Origin: Octopus sinensis
Taxonomy: Eukaryota
Assembly: GCF_006345805.1 (NCBI RefSeq)
Contig: NC_043000.1
Coordinates: 52,204,001-52,268,000 of the forward strand
DNA length: 64,000 nucleotides
Reading direction: 5' to 3'
The translations under genes and the position numbers were made by a program. Every line of letters starts with the position of its first letter. The stretch's first letter is position 1. The notes beneath the pieces are model-generated. The model worked only from the letters and a program-made list of their open reading frames with translations. It did not search any database and was not told the DNA's origin. Shown here piece after piece: positions 27,633 to 40,179 of this stretch.

Positions 27633-29449
27633 TGTATACAAGCATGAACGCGTTTGTGTACACACACACACACGCACACTCACACACATATGCATGGACG
27701 TAGATGCTGTCACTTCAGATTTCAATGCCATGCATTTCTAATAATATTTCTCAAAAAATTTTACCTCACTAGGAAGTTTGATTGCTTGTTTACAAAGACA
27801 AAAGTACTTGGCTTGAGATCATTTTTTGATCATAATTATATTCATAGTAATGTTCTGGGCATCTCGTATATTTTATGTGAAGCAACCAATAATTTGATGA
27901 TTTTATTTAAGTAAATTTATCATTTTTTTATACAAGGAAATTTATTCATAAATTAGATTTTATAATGTTGAATTTTTATCTTCGATTTTCATTGGAAAAT
28001 GCAAAAATATATTGAATAATCAATCTTAATATTTATACAACCGAGATTACAAAACATTTCACAATTGTTTCTGAAGATTTCCGTTTAAGGATTGAATTTT
28101 ATTTTGTTTTCAATCTGAAAGGTATTGAAGATGTCGATAAATGTTATTAGCACATTTGAATAAGTATACAGCTGGATTTTTTTCTCTGCACTTTTAATTC
28201 TCCTACTGGAGTAGGAAAATTGAATTTTCTGAATAGACGTAAGAGAAACCGTATTACTATAGAACATACTTACTAAGCGATTTTATTGATTCGTATTTAG
28301 AACTGATAAAAAGGGGATTGTTCGACCGTGTCAGCAAATGATTAAGGTTTTGTGTTCAAGCAACACTAACTCTTTCAACCGAATCACAATATGTATAGAG
28401 AGTGTATATAGTAGGATTGCTTAAATATATTTTCTCTTACAGTAAACCTATTTAATGGTTACTTTCATGTAATAGGAGCACTTCTTCACGTATGTCTTTG
28501 TCAACTTGGCTTTGCGATACAATATACATCACACTCGTCTTACTTATTCGGAATGGCGCTGAGTGATATGCATATATAATAGTAGCAACTGAAAATTCCA
28601 TATTTATTTCGAAAACTAAGGTGATTGGAAGTTTATAGGGAACCACGAAACATATAATTTAGTTTCTAACTGTATTTTATTCAAAACACGCAGATCTTTA
28701 AATAGAGTGAATGTCTTTGCAGATCGCAATGAAAGCAAATTGGAAAAAGAATCTGGAAGCTATAACACTTATTATACGCTTGTTTTCTCTTCTATTTTAA
28801 GCGTTATCTATTGTCTTTTTCAATCCTCGTCAAGAAGTAAAGAATCTTAATCATGGAACCGAATCGAAAATATAATTAACTATAATATTATTTTATTACT
28901 GTATGGGTAAGTTGGAAATACTTTACTAGCTTTAGATATGTGATACAACATTCTTATTTTCAAAGGAAAAATTCATATAATAAGAGTTTAAGCCACAGTA
29001 GTGTAAACCCTCCTTTACGCAAAGATACTATTCAAAATCATTTCCATCTCAAGTTGTAGATCCGTAACATAGATGAACCCAACTCACGAATCCCTTTTGA
29101 AAACTTTGAGATGTGCACTGTTGTATCTACCTCTTTACAACCATTACCACTTGTTTACTTCATTAAATAATTGCCTCTGAAGACTGTTCTTCGCTGGATT
29201 AAAAAGACTGCAAGAAGGGGGAGCTAGATTCGGACTGTACGATAGGTAAAGACCACTGAGCAGCACAATCTGTCGGTTGCCTGATTTTTATTAAATACAT
29301 GAATAACCATTAAGTGTTATGGTCAATGGGAATAGATATACTTAAGTCTTTCTGAGTGTTTTAATATATTCGCTATTCTCAGTGCTGCCACGTTCAAATC
29401 GGATGTAAACTGTCGAGATTCACATTTTGCACACAGTTTCTTGTGTATT

Positions 29450-29740
29450 CTGTAGAACTAGTTGTGGAGAAAGCTCACGGAGTGTAACCCATTTATTCAC
29501 GCAAATTATTTCGTCAACTCGCTGGCAATTCATGACATTGGTCGATGTTTGTTGTGTCTATTTGCGATATTTGTCTTCAGAGCTAGATTCCCTTCTTTAA
29601 ACTTCATCCATATGTACGCATTGCACTTGTCCATGGTTTTAGCTTCGCTAACAACATGTTGCCTTTCGTGGATTACAGAGAATCTGTACAATTCTTTAGT
29701 CAAGATCTCGATAACGGTGCATTATTTCTGCTTGGAATCC
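29450..29740 (-). mobile_element. Degenerate mariner transposase N-terminal fragment
   Basis: Minus strand reads, with frameshifts, VIEILTKE..IHER....MDKCN....KFKEG..SSEDK....RVDEIICVNKWVTLRELS, like a mariner HTH region. Confidence 0.65.
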
Positions 29741-29872
29741 ATTATATGCCTGCAATAAAATACAAGAAAAACAATTGCTTAGAAGATGTAACCTAGTATC
29801 CTGTGCAATCTTTACATTAATTTCAGGGCAACGTTCGAAAAATTGATTATACTGGATATGTGTCAGAAAAAA

Positions 29873-30745
29873 ATAGCAAGAGCACTCAAAGGGCGCAAAC
29901 CTCCGCCAACGTCCACTCAACAATTAGCCGGAGATGATTTTTAAAATGAAAATATCTGAAGTAAACTCGACTGCTCTCACAAACGAGAATACTAAAAATG
30001 AACCCGACCGCTCTCAAAAATGAATTAAAAAAAAACGGAAAAATAATCCAGAATCCTTGTCCGGTACCTGATCGATCCCAATGGCAGTCATGCAATGTGA
30101 GGGTGGGTGTGCGGGCTATGTTTGTAATACTGTTTGTGCATCGTCTACAGTGGGAACAGGGACAGTTTTCTCTATGCAGGCATTTTAAAGTCTGATATAG
30201 TGTCTTTACGACCATTAAGGTCTATAGTGAAAACTTTATCCGCTAAGGACCTTCTTACGGTGTTTTTAACAGAGGTTTTACAACATTGTGGCGCCCAAAA
30301 ATGTGAGTTCAAGAGGTAAATCTTCCTTCAAGGCAGAGCTAGAAGTTCACTTGTCAAGTAGGTAGAGGTTTTAAACAGAAGCGATATATTCAAAATTGGT
30401 AAAACTAAAAATATGATTGTTATTGAATATGTCAGTGTTATTTAACACTATGATTGTTATTGAATATGTTAGTGTTATTTAAATTCTGAACAGTTTCGCT
30501 ACCGATTGTTTATGTAGTTTGATTTCTTTATCCATCAGTTTCTACTAAGATAGAGACACGAGTAAAATTAAGGATAGAGAAACGAAAATAAATATTTAGT
30601 AATAGCAATGCCACCATAGTTTACGTGGAAAATATCAGTGCGCTTTCAAGGGAGAAAGGCTTGAAAGTCCTTAAGATCGTAATACATCATGTAAAGTAAA
30701 GTAAATATAACAAAAACAATACTTCCGCCTTCACTAATAAGTAAC
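29873..30745 (+). mobile_element. Possible Helentron-associated non-autonomous element (HINE-like), split
   Basis: acctccgcc at 29899-29907 and acttccgcc at 30721-30729; 29873-30085 recalled as an octopus HINE-type 5' part; 3' stem-loop incomplete. Confidence 0.35.
30412..30485. repeat. 37-bp tandem duplication
   Basis: tatgattgttattgaatatgt(c/t)agtgttatttaa twice. Confidence 0.9.
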
Positions 30746-31892
30746 TACAGAATATTCTTGCATAAGCCATTGAATGAACTTTACTGAAGTATTGTTAAAA
30801 AAAAGGACGTGTGCTATCGTATCACTGAATGATTAATGTTTTGTGTAAAATGAAAAGCAAACAATTTAGTAGAGTTACACAGCGCATGACGAATATATTT
30901 AGCGGAATTCTTATTTTCTATCGTAACAGAACTGTGACGCCCACATAAATGTCATGTAGATAGTAATTCTTCTTTTACTTTACCTTTACTTATCGTGGCA
31001 TTGAGATAACTGTTTATGGGATTACCAGGAATATTGCGAAGAAAATAGACTACAGTTCCTCACCTTAGAAATATATATATGTACGAAAATATCTCTAGCA
31101 AATCAAAGTTAAAGTTGATGGTGTTACTTATGAAATGAATTTGGTTTCCTTTTTATATAATCTTTCCAAAATCTCTCTTGTCACATGAATATAAAGATAT
31201 TTATCGTGGCTGTGCTTCAGTTCAACTCGACTTCTAAGAAGTTTGAGATAACATATCAAATGAATTATATAGTCAACTAGAAATTATCATGGAACTAGTA
31301 AAATCAATAGTTACTCATTGTCTAATCTTATTTTAAATCTTTCAGCAACTAGGAGAAACTACTCCGGACAAGTGCTGGACGCATATCCCACATGTTATGA
31401 TTCATAGTGTAATTTTTCTAAGTTTTCTTATGAAATATATTAGTAACAGTTTATCTAATCCAAAATATAATTCATGATTACGTTTTCTGATATCAGAAAT
31501 GATACATTTGCATTTACTTGCCGATAAAACATAAAGTTTGTGGGGCGGCGTGTCATATAAATATACATGACATACACGAATATTCATATATATGGTAATA
31601 TTGTAGAGAAAGGATTAACATCAAGTTTATTTTTATTGTTAGTGCATGATGAATTGATGCATGACAATACCTGTCGATAGAACACTGGAAAGTTCAATTA
31701 GATAAAAACACAACAAATAGTATAAATCAAGTGTTAGGTACTATGTTTACCTGTGTGTCCATCACTGACTGTTATGATCATCCATTGCATATCATTTTTA
31801 GTATAAGCAATCTTAGCTAATCATGTATTTTACCTTATTTACAAAAGTTGTGATGGGACATTGTAAATATTCAAGAATTTAATGACGTTACA

Positions 31893-31991
31893 TTATATGC
31901 CTTCTGCAAAGGCTAAAATACTTATATACCTTATATGCCTTCTGCATAGGCTAACATACTATTATAAGCATTCTGCATAGGCTAAAATACT
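31893..31991. repeat. Three copies of a 30-bp minisatellite unit
   Basis: ttatatgccttctgcataggctaaaatact-like units at 31893, 31931 and 31962. Confidence 0.9.
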
Positions 31992-33017
31992 CACTGCAGC
32001 TAGACAGAAACTGTTATTACTCAACTAGAATTTTTCTCTTACTAGAATAAGAGCCATTAGTGTTAATCGCAATTCTTTTCAAGAATACCAAGGTTGAGAA
32101 TTCGGCTATTTTGAAATGATTAAGTATTATCTTGTAGTTGAAATACATATGCAAAGTGTTTCACATAGAAATTCCATTCTAAAGACAATTTTATTATTCT
32201 ACACCAACTTGTGTATATGTACATTAAATTAAGGACTCTGTCACCAATATGACGGCAATTACAGTGAAGTCCATGCTTCGGTGACGATAGTAATAATATT
32301 AATGAAACATGTCCAAATCTGTGGTTCGTGTATATGCTGAAATAATTAGAATAAATTATTAATAAGGTTTCTTCCTCACCGCGTAACTAATTCTGGTTAG
32401 CATTTAATTCTGCTTTCATTAAATATGCTAACATTAACCTAAGTATTGTTATTCATGCATTTATCGTTTCTGTTTAATTTACACTGACCATATGAACGTT
32501 ATACGACTCCCGTCCATTTTCCCAGTTAATATGCCTATATTCTATGATTTTACTCGCAAATTGTACATCCCACTTACATTATACTACTAGAATATGATTT
32601 TACATCTTAACAAAGAAGGCTATGGAATATAATTTTGATGAAGTTTAAAATTTAAATTAATCGAACGTAGACCCATTGAGAATAACTATGATGGTTATCA
32701 TAACATAAGTTCTGGTTAAGGAACTGGACCGACGATGTCGAACTTTCAATTAATTAAATTTAGTTAAAAATTTACAGAAGGTAGTAAATCAAATGTTGAG
32801 ATTACAACGAAAATTTATATTTAGGTTTAATTAGATAGGCATATTCTTTACACTAAAAAGTTAAAGGTCTTGATAGATATAGATTGCTAGTATTTAAACA
32901 AGTTATATACAAAGAGAAACATTCTGGTAGGAATAAAATTTCTTAAAGGTATGTATGTATGTATTCATGTACGTATGATTGTATGTATGTATATATGAAT
33001 ATATATATATATATGTC

Positions 33018-33048
<31 letters not shown>

Positions 33049-33347
33049 TATACACATATATATTGATACATAGATATACGTACATACTCATCTGTACAAA
33101 AATATATGCATGTATGTACATATATATACACATATATATATGTGTATAAATAGATACCCATACACATATACGTATATTATATCGGTACATGAAATCTCCA
33201 CTTGGGATTAAAAGATCGTAGTTACGTCCGTTCGTTTGGAACAGCCATGATGAAGTCGCGACCAATGCACTTAATGCCAATACACTTAATGCTTTCATCT
33301 CTTACAGAGATTTTATAGATCACTTCCAGGCGATTATTGTCCTATTA

Positions 33348-33383
<36 letters not shown>

Positions 33384-33529
33384 ATGTGCTTGCACCGCAG
33401 TTACAGCGATTTAAGTCTTGTTTCTGGCAGTGTAGGTGTTTGTAACACACTTAGTCATATCTTATAGCAATTATAGTTTTACTTTCTGTCATTCTGTCAA
33501 AACATTGCGCACCGCTACCTATGTTAATA

Positions 33530-33615
<86 letters not shown>

Positions 33616-33745
33616 TACACACACATATATATATATATATATGCATGTATGTATATAGATATATGTAAGTATGTATGTATATATACACATATATATGTAT
33701 ATATATATATATACATATACATATATGCATACACATATACACATA
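33530..33745. repeat. (TA)n-rich microsatellite
   Basis: Direct tandem repeats. Confidence 0.95.
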
Positions 33746-34812
33746 AAAACACATTGTTGGTGAGTGACTTTGTACGAAAATGTTCACCATCCCACTTAGC
33801 AGTGAAATCGCGACTTCATTTTTATCGATTCGCTTGATTTAAATTCTACAAGTTTTACCTAGGCATGATCGTTGTTACAACGAGCATCTTTCTCAAGTCT
33901 CGATACTGTTAAAGAGATTTGGCTTTTTCACACGCAATTACCTCGTTCGCTGAATAACCAGTTCATTGTTTTTCTTCGATGTCCCCTTCATTCGAAGCAC
34001 AAATATTAAGCCTGCACATGTGTGTATACAAACAGACACCACCATGCATTTTAGCGAGTCTTTATTTTCGTTTGTTATTTATTGTTTTCACAATGATATA
34101 TATTATATATCTGGGAAATCTGATCTCTGCTCTAATATCACTTAGATTTACACTATATTTTTTCTCTTACAAATAATCCCTTTATTTCTATAGCAGATTC
34201 CTTCATGCAGGTGTACTTGCATTATAATGAATGTGTTTTATGATCAAATAAATCACTACGTAATATTTTTTATCCATTTTTTTGGTGGGATCGCATATAG
34301 TTTTTAGATCTAAAAATTCCATAATACTGCTGAATTCTACACCAGAAATTTTCAGCAAATGAAAATATGTGGAAAGGTTTCTTGTGGGGAATCGGAGTTT
34401 GAATAGCCGTATCACTGAGTTTAGAAACTTTTCGTTGATTGTAAACCACCTAACTTTACGGTTCTACGGTTGAAGGGGACAAGGCATTTATTGTTTTTTG
34501 CTTTCTTTTTCGTTTTTTTCTGGCCATTCCACCTTTTGAAAGCACTTTCATCTCATTTTGATCTCGTGATATCGTTTGTTCTTTTGTCCTGATTTGTAAC
34601 TTGTATAGGCTATGCGCCCAGAGCTAAAAGATTACTTGTAGACACTAGGTGCGTTTTAAAACCTGCTTCGTTAATTTCTTCAATGTATGAAACTATTAGT
34701 TGCTCATAACTGTATATAATGTACATTAAACAATATTTTTCTCTCGCCAGATAGAATACTTTTTGTTGTGCTGACCTTAACTGAAAAACAAACCATACAA
34801 ATACACCACACA

Positions 34813-34867
<55 letters not shown>

Positions 34868-36793
34868 ATACATACACATACATACATGCACACATACACA
34901 CACACACATGTAAATTGAATGGTTTATATACAATTAAGTATTCATTACAGGCTTAAAGCTGTTTCAGATATCCATTTGCTTACATTCATGTTTCAATTTT
35001 ATCTCTTGATCGATTGATCATCTGAAAATATAGGCAACCAACCCCATAATGGTATCTTCCTCAGGGCTAAAACAAATAAACTACCAAAAAAAAACAAGAA
35101 AAGAAAGAGGATGGAATTTGATCAGTGCTTCATTATACAGATCTAGGTCGCCTGTTTCTAGCCATCAACATTAAACTATTGCTCTCCCCTGTCACGGGCG
35201 ACTTCCATTTATACCCTTTAAAAAATGTTCATACTTCACAACCTCATGATGTTCAATGGCTGGCTTTTGGCGTTTACTAATATGTTTTTTGGAAACTTTG
35301 AGGGGGAAGTATTTGCATATATACAAACCAAAAGGGAACTATGATATTGCTAATTACTTTAAACCTAAAGTATCAACATCTATCCTATTTATTATCATAT
35401 AAGTTCTAAACACTTAACAAAAATGGAACCAGTGATTATAAAAAAAATCATAACAGGTAAAATAACAGTAAAACTAAAGTAGCATATAATCCTAAATTGC
35501 AGGCTTAGGTAGCATTGATACAACTGAAATAATAAGTAAAGACACGATTCTTAAATAGGGTAACAAAGTAAATTCACAAATGCTAAATAAAGAAGATAAA
35601 CCCAATACAAGTCAAATAAATCCAAAGCAAAACAAAAGGAACGAAGATAAAATCCAAAGCAGAGTAAAAGGAACAAAACAAATCCCAAATTAAAACAAAA
35701 GGAACAAAAAATAAAAATGAAAATAAAAATGAGGAAATGGATATATGAACATGAAAAATTAAACATAAACAGGTTATCTTATCATCAAATAAAATGAGAG
35801 AAGGGTCAAGGAAATGACAGAGTGTAAAATTTAAGCAATCAATTTCGTCTTCGTTTTCGGTTTGCAAGATTCTTTATATGAATTCGTGTGTTGAAACAAA
35901 ATTTTGTTTGGTCTAGGGAGAGTCATTTTGTCAATATTAGTAGCACACACAAGGGAAGAACTTTGACACACAAAATGAAATCAAATGACATACTGGTTAA
36001 TCAAATTAAACAAGCAATTGATTATTTAATCGGATATTTAACCAATTGAATAATAATAAAGGAGTGAAATTGAACCAGTGCGTGTGTTAATAATATTGCG
36101 ATAATTACCCCCTCTCAAGCAATTAAGAAAATTGACAATTATTATTTAAATTAGATATGCATTATCTTTATTCTATTGGATTAGGAAGGTGTGCATGTGT
36201 TTTCATATACCTATGTTCACATGATTAATTATTGAGGGAACGATCTAAAGGTTTTGTGAAAGTGTTTATATCTTAACGTTAGTTCCTGCGTCTTGTGCAG
36301 GATATTGCACTTTTGCATAAGTATAAACAATGGCTTTTCTCGGCAAATTTACATATGGTTTTCCCTGTGTCGTAAGGTTGGGCATTGCTAAATATTGACC
36401 AGTTACACTTTGTTTAGTGATCTTAAATTTCCCAAATTAGCTTGCTTAATGACGTCGACCTTTCCTCGTTACTCTGTATAAATGTAGAGACGTGGTTATA
36501 ATATAGAAACCTGAAAATTATTGTGCAACTGTCTAAGTCATTGTAAATTGTTTTATCTGTAGTAAATGAGAATATATGATTTTGGTTGTTTTATAAGGCG
36601 TCGTTCATCAAACGGGCATTTATCAATATCCCTACAATTACAACTATTATAATTATAATTAGTATTTTATGAAAATTTTCAACTTATTTTGCTGGTTATG
36701 ATGGAAAGAGTCAGCTGTTCACAGCCAGCCGACTAAGGTGACACTTATTTACTGGTCAAGCTTCAAGAACCCTGCGAAGAGTTCTTGCAGTTA

Positions 36794-36827
36794 CAATTAT
36801 TATTATCATTATTATTATTGTTGTTAC

Positions 36828-36860
<33 letters not shown>

Positions 36861-36877
36861 CATTATTATTATTATTA

Positions 36878-36942
<65 letters not shown>
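36794..36942. repeat. (TTA)n array, tail/target of the adjacent Dong/R4 element
   Basis: Direct tandem repeats abutting the element 3' end. Confidence 0.95.
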
Positions 36943-36943
<1 letters not shown>

Positions 36944-37690
36944 TTATGCTTGACTTTTGCTTTGCATTTGTACTAGTTGGCTCCAAGTCTCACCCAGAGA
37001 CCTCAAGAGACAACAAGTTAGAAGTTCATGTTGGTGTTATGCCTAGGGTACCATATATTTGGTTTTGCACATAGTGTTGTTCCAGACAATATTTAAGAAA
37101 CCATGAGAAAATTATGTGTTTGTTTTAAAATTTGAAAATACATAGTCAGTAGGATATTGGCAGATCCCACGAGCACTATCTTTGAAACTTCTGTCATTTT
37201 GGAGTTTCCTGGTATCTGAGTTAGGTAGCAATCAGCCCCCTTTATTATCATTCCTAGGGTACCTATGGCACCAAGTATTGTTTTAGTCTTCAGGTTCCAC
37301 ATTTTCCTAATTTCTATTTCAAGATCTTTATACTTGCTCAGTTTTTGGTAGGTCTTGACATATACGTTTATATCGATTGGGACACTCATATCAATGAGAA
37401 TGTATGATTTTTGTCTGAACTCTTTCAATATGATGTCTAGCCTATTAACATCTATTTTTCTGTCATTTGAATTGTAAAGTTCCAGAAGAGTGAGATGTGA
37501 TCATTTTCAAGTACTGGGGTGGTTTGTGTTTCCACCAGTTTTTTTAATCATGAGGCAAGACCAGGTTGTTGCAAATTACCCAGTGAATATATTGTGCAGC
37601 TCTATCATGCCTGCTAAGATACTCTCATGGAGACAATATTATCAATGGTTTCATTTTGCTGATGACATACACGACATATTGGAGAGCTGG
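36943..37690 (-). mobile_element. Dong/R4-type non-LTR retrotransposon, 3' fragment (CCHC knuckle + restriction-like endonuclease)
   Basis: ICRVCHQQNETIDNIVS (C-x2-C knuckle, H replaced by N), NRLDIILKE..ILIDMSVP..KLSKYKDLEIEIRKMW..GAIGTLG (37093-37428), 3' UTR, (AAT)n tail. Confidence 0.88.
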
Positions 37691-37757
37691 GTTCTCATTC
37701 CTAAAGTATTTTTCGATGTTGTTGTTGTTGTTGTTGTTGTTGTTATTATTATTATTA

Positions 37758-37789
<32 letters not shown>

Positions 37790-37885
37790 GTTGTTGTTGT
37801 TGTTGTTGTTGTTGTTCAAATCACTGCTAGGAATCGAACTCGGAATCTTGGGGTTAGTAGCCCGTGCTCTTAACCACTACGCCAT
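37690..37885 (-). mobile_element. 5' part of family C SINE: tRNA-like head, (AAC/AAT)n, 30-bp body start
   Basis: A box tggcgtagtggtt and B box gagttcgattcc (37817-37885), microsatellite 37716-37816, then catcgaaaaatactttaggaatgagaaccc as at 37957 and 15622. Confidence 0.85.
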
Positions 37886-37886
37886 A

Positions 37887-38138
37887 ACAAAAACAACATC
37901 AACAACAACAATAACAACAACAACAACAGCAACAACAACAATAATAATAATAATTACATCGAAAAATACCTTACGAATGAGAACCCAAGTTCGAAATTTC
38001 CCCAAGACACCCGAAGAAGGCTGGAGGGTATATCAACCGAAACGTTGTGTTAACAACATACAAAATGAGGACAAATACCTGTCGAATGTAAATAATGTAA
38101 ATAATGTACATAATTCCTCATCTCTTAAATATAGAACT
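37887..38138 (+). mobile_element. HHR-containing SINE body (family C) with (AAC)n(AAT)n leader
   Basis: Collinear with 15622-15770; body starts at 37957. Confidence 0.85.
38006..38051 (+). ncRNA. Minimal type-I hammerhead motif (U4 to C variant)
   Basis: gacac-CCGAAGA-a-ggctg[gagggtatat]caacc-GAAAC-GTT-gtgtt. Stem I gacac/gtgtt; loopless palindromic stem III aacgtt; one stem II mismatch. Confidence 0.7.
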
Positions 38139-38904
38139 AAATTAATTGTGGTTTTGCATTATCAACTTCTTTCTGAAAAATAAAACATCGGATCATGTTT
38201 TATATTATTTCATTATTTATAGATTTGCTAGAATGGTTTTTGTTATAGGTCTGCTGGATCTGTAACATGAACCACAAGAGCAACAAAAACTATCAAATAT
38301 GAACACATGTCTAAGAAAATAATAAGAATTTATAAATGATTTATTTCACAGAAATTTCAGTAATTTATGTATTTCATAATGAATATTATATTCGTTCCGT
38401 TGACGAATCATGAATATTTGATTCAATATTAAATATTATTGAATCTAAATTTAGGAAATCTACATATATCTATTGCCGAAAGGAGTTTGGTATAATTGTA
38501 AATTATGTACTTTTTATGAATTTAAATTTTTAGATTTATGTTTTCTCAGTTGTACAGTTGCAGCAAGTAGGGTTGTCTTGAATGAATGTATAAATATATG
38601 ACCGCTGTAAGTAAAAATTTTTTGTTTTGTTATTAGGTGATTCAAAGATCGATTTCGTAGCGTTGCACCGTTAAAAATATTTTCTGCCATGGTTTTCTAT
38701 TAATCCGACATATGTGAATAAAACTCGATATATATATATATATATATATTTGAATAGGTGAATGAATTATCCTATGTTTATCGTTAGCATGGCAAATTCG
38801 TTTAACCGAAACCTTGGTAGCAAATTCACGTCAGAAACACGGTTGAAGCGACCTGTCCAAGGGTAGAAACTCCGGGTTCATGTGCAGAAATTTGTGTGTT
38901 GTAT

Positions 38905-39146
38905 ATGAATAAATGAAAAAAATGGAGTCGAACGAAGATGTGAACAAAATACCTTTACTCTCGACATATGTTTCGAAGACAACATGTTTTCATTCCAAAG
39001 GAATAAAGGGTGCATTATGCAATATTCTCATCAGGAAAGAAAGGGAGCCTCTCTCGACAACAAGACAAACAAAAATTTCGATGACTGCCTACATGGTAAA
39101 CAAAACGATAATGAGTGATTTTGTCTTCGTTCGACTCTATTCTTTC

Positions 39147-39155
<9 letters not shown>
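38905..39155. mobile_element. ~250-bp element with inverted termini carrying a hammerhead
   Basis: gagtcgaacgaaga (38925-38938) / tcttcgttcgactc (39124-39137), extendable outward through ataaatgaaa; right end abuts (TA)n. Confidence 0.7.
38952..39044 (-). ncRNA. Type-I hammerhead ribozyme with intact core
   Basis: Minus strand: cctttctttc-CTGATGA(39034-39028)-gaa..~40 nt..ttc-GAAAC-atat-GTC|gagagtaaagg. Stem I 10 bp with one bulge; palindromic stem III acatatgt; predicted cleavage between 38963 and 38962. Confidence 0.85.
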
Positions 39156-39182
<27 letters not shown>

Positions 39183-40179
39183 AAAGCTATGCATTTTCTA
39201 TAGGATAGCAGGCGTAATCCAGCTCCCAGTTTCAAAAATCTAACGTGGCCATTGGGTGTCTTTAGCTATTTTGGAATCATTCAGCGGATTCAAACTGGCT
39301 TTTCTTTCTTCCTTTTGCTACACTTTTTCCTACTACAGCAACAATTGAGATGAAATTTCTTTCTGTTACTTTTCAGTATTCTGGACACTGCGAAAACGTC
39401 TGGGGTGCTAACAACTTTCCTCTACATAAAATAAAATATGAAGAAAATACTATCGAATCATAAATCTTATATACGTAAAATTTAATACTTTTCCTCGATG
39501 ATTGTACGAAATATTCGATCAACGGAATGACCTACACGTTCAATCAGCATAGGAACGTACTTTGTGTGACTCATATAAGGTTTATAGGAAATAAAGTATT
39601 TCAATTATATTTGGACGTACATAGATGTCTATAAGACGACAGTACGCGTGTACATTACCTACACACACACACCACGCACACACCACACACACACACATCA
39701 CACAGCACACACACACACATACAAATATATATACATATTATAATGTATCCTTTAAGTTCGTTTACGGGAAGCATTTTTGAGCGGGCTTATAGAAGCTCCT
39801 TGTTTATTATGTCGGCTTCAGCTTAATGATACCACCTTGCAATAAAATTTGTTTGGGGTTTTATCGAGCTGTGCCAATAAAATATAGGATAACTATAGGA
39901 AAAATAATAACAATTATCCATACATCGAATTATAAATATTTTAACGGACAGCTACGAGCGTTTCTACAAATGATATGTTTCTTACGATCACAGTCCGTAT
40001 TCTTTTGATGATTACAATACAATCCGTAGTATCATTGGACATCGGATGCATCATAATTCATGTGTTAATTTTTTTAGGCTATATGGCACTAATGTTGAAA
40101 GGAACAAATGTATAACCGATTGATACTCCATCCATGGGTTATTATATATTATATATATTATAAATCATATACACATACG

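Noticed and set aside
30412-31991. CRISPR-like array from short direct repeats
   Set aside because: Eukaryotic context; repeats are adjacent tandem units without regular unique spacers
32235-32295. SECIS or IRE in the gtcacc/ggtgac hairpin (contains atgac and cagtga)
   Set aside because: Required stems around the motifs do not pair, and no host mRNA context is evident
37817-37885. Functional tRNA gene (CT-ACT-AA loop)
   Set aside because: No acceptor-stem pairing, and it runs into a microsatellite and SINE body; treated as a SINE head
38550-38636. Exon with ttttctcag acceptor and gtaagt donor
   Set aside because: Stops in all three frames and the following putative intron is only 30 nt; a non-coding exon cannot be excluded without RNA data
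39350-39463. Short ORF or terminal exon YSGHCENVWGANNFPL after a pyrimidine-rich acceptor
   Set aside because: No recognisable homology or linked exons; likewise 31347-31405 and 43068-43160
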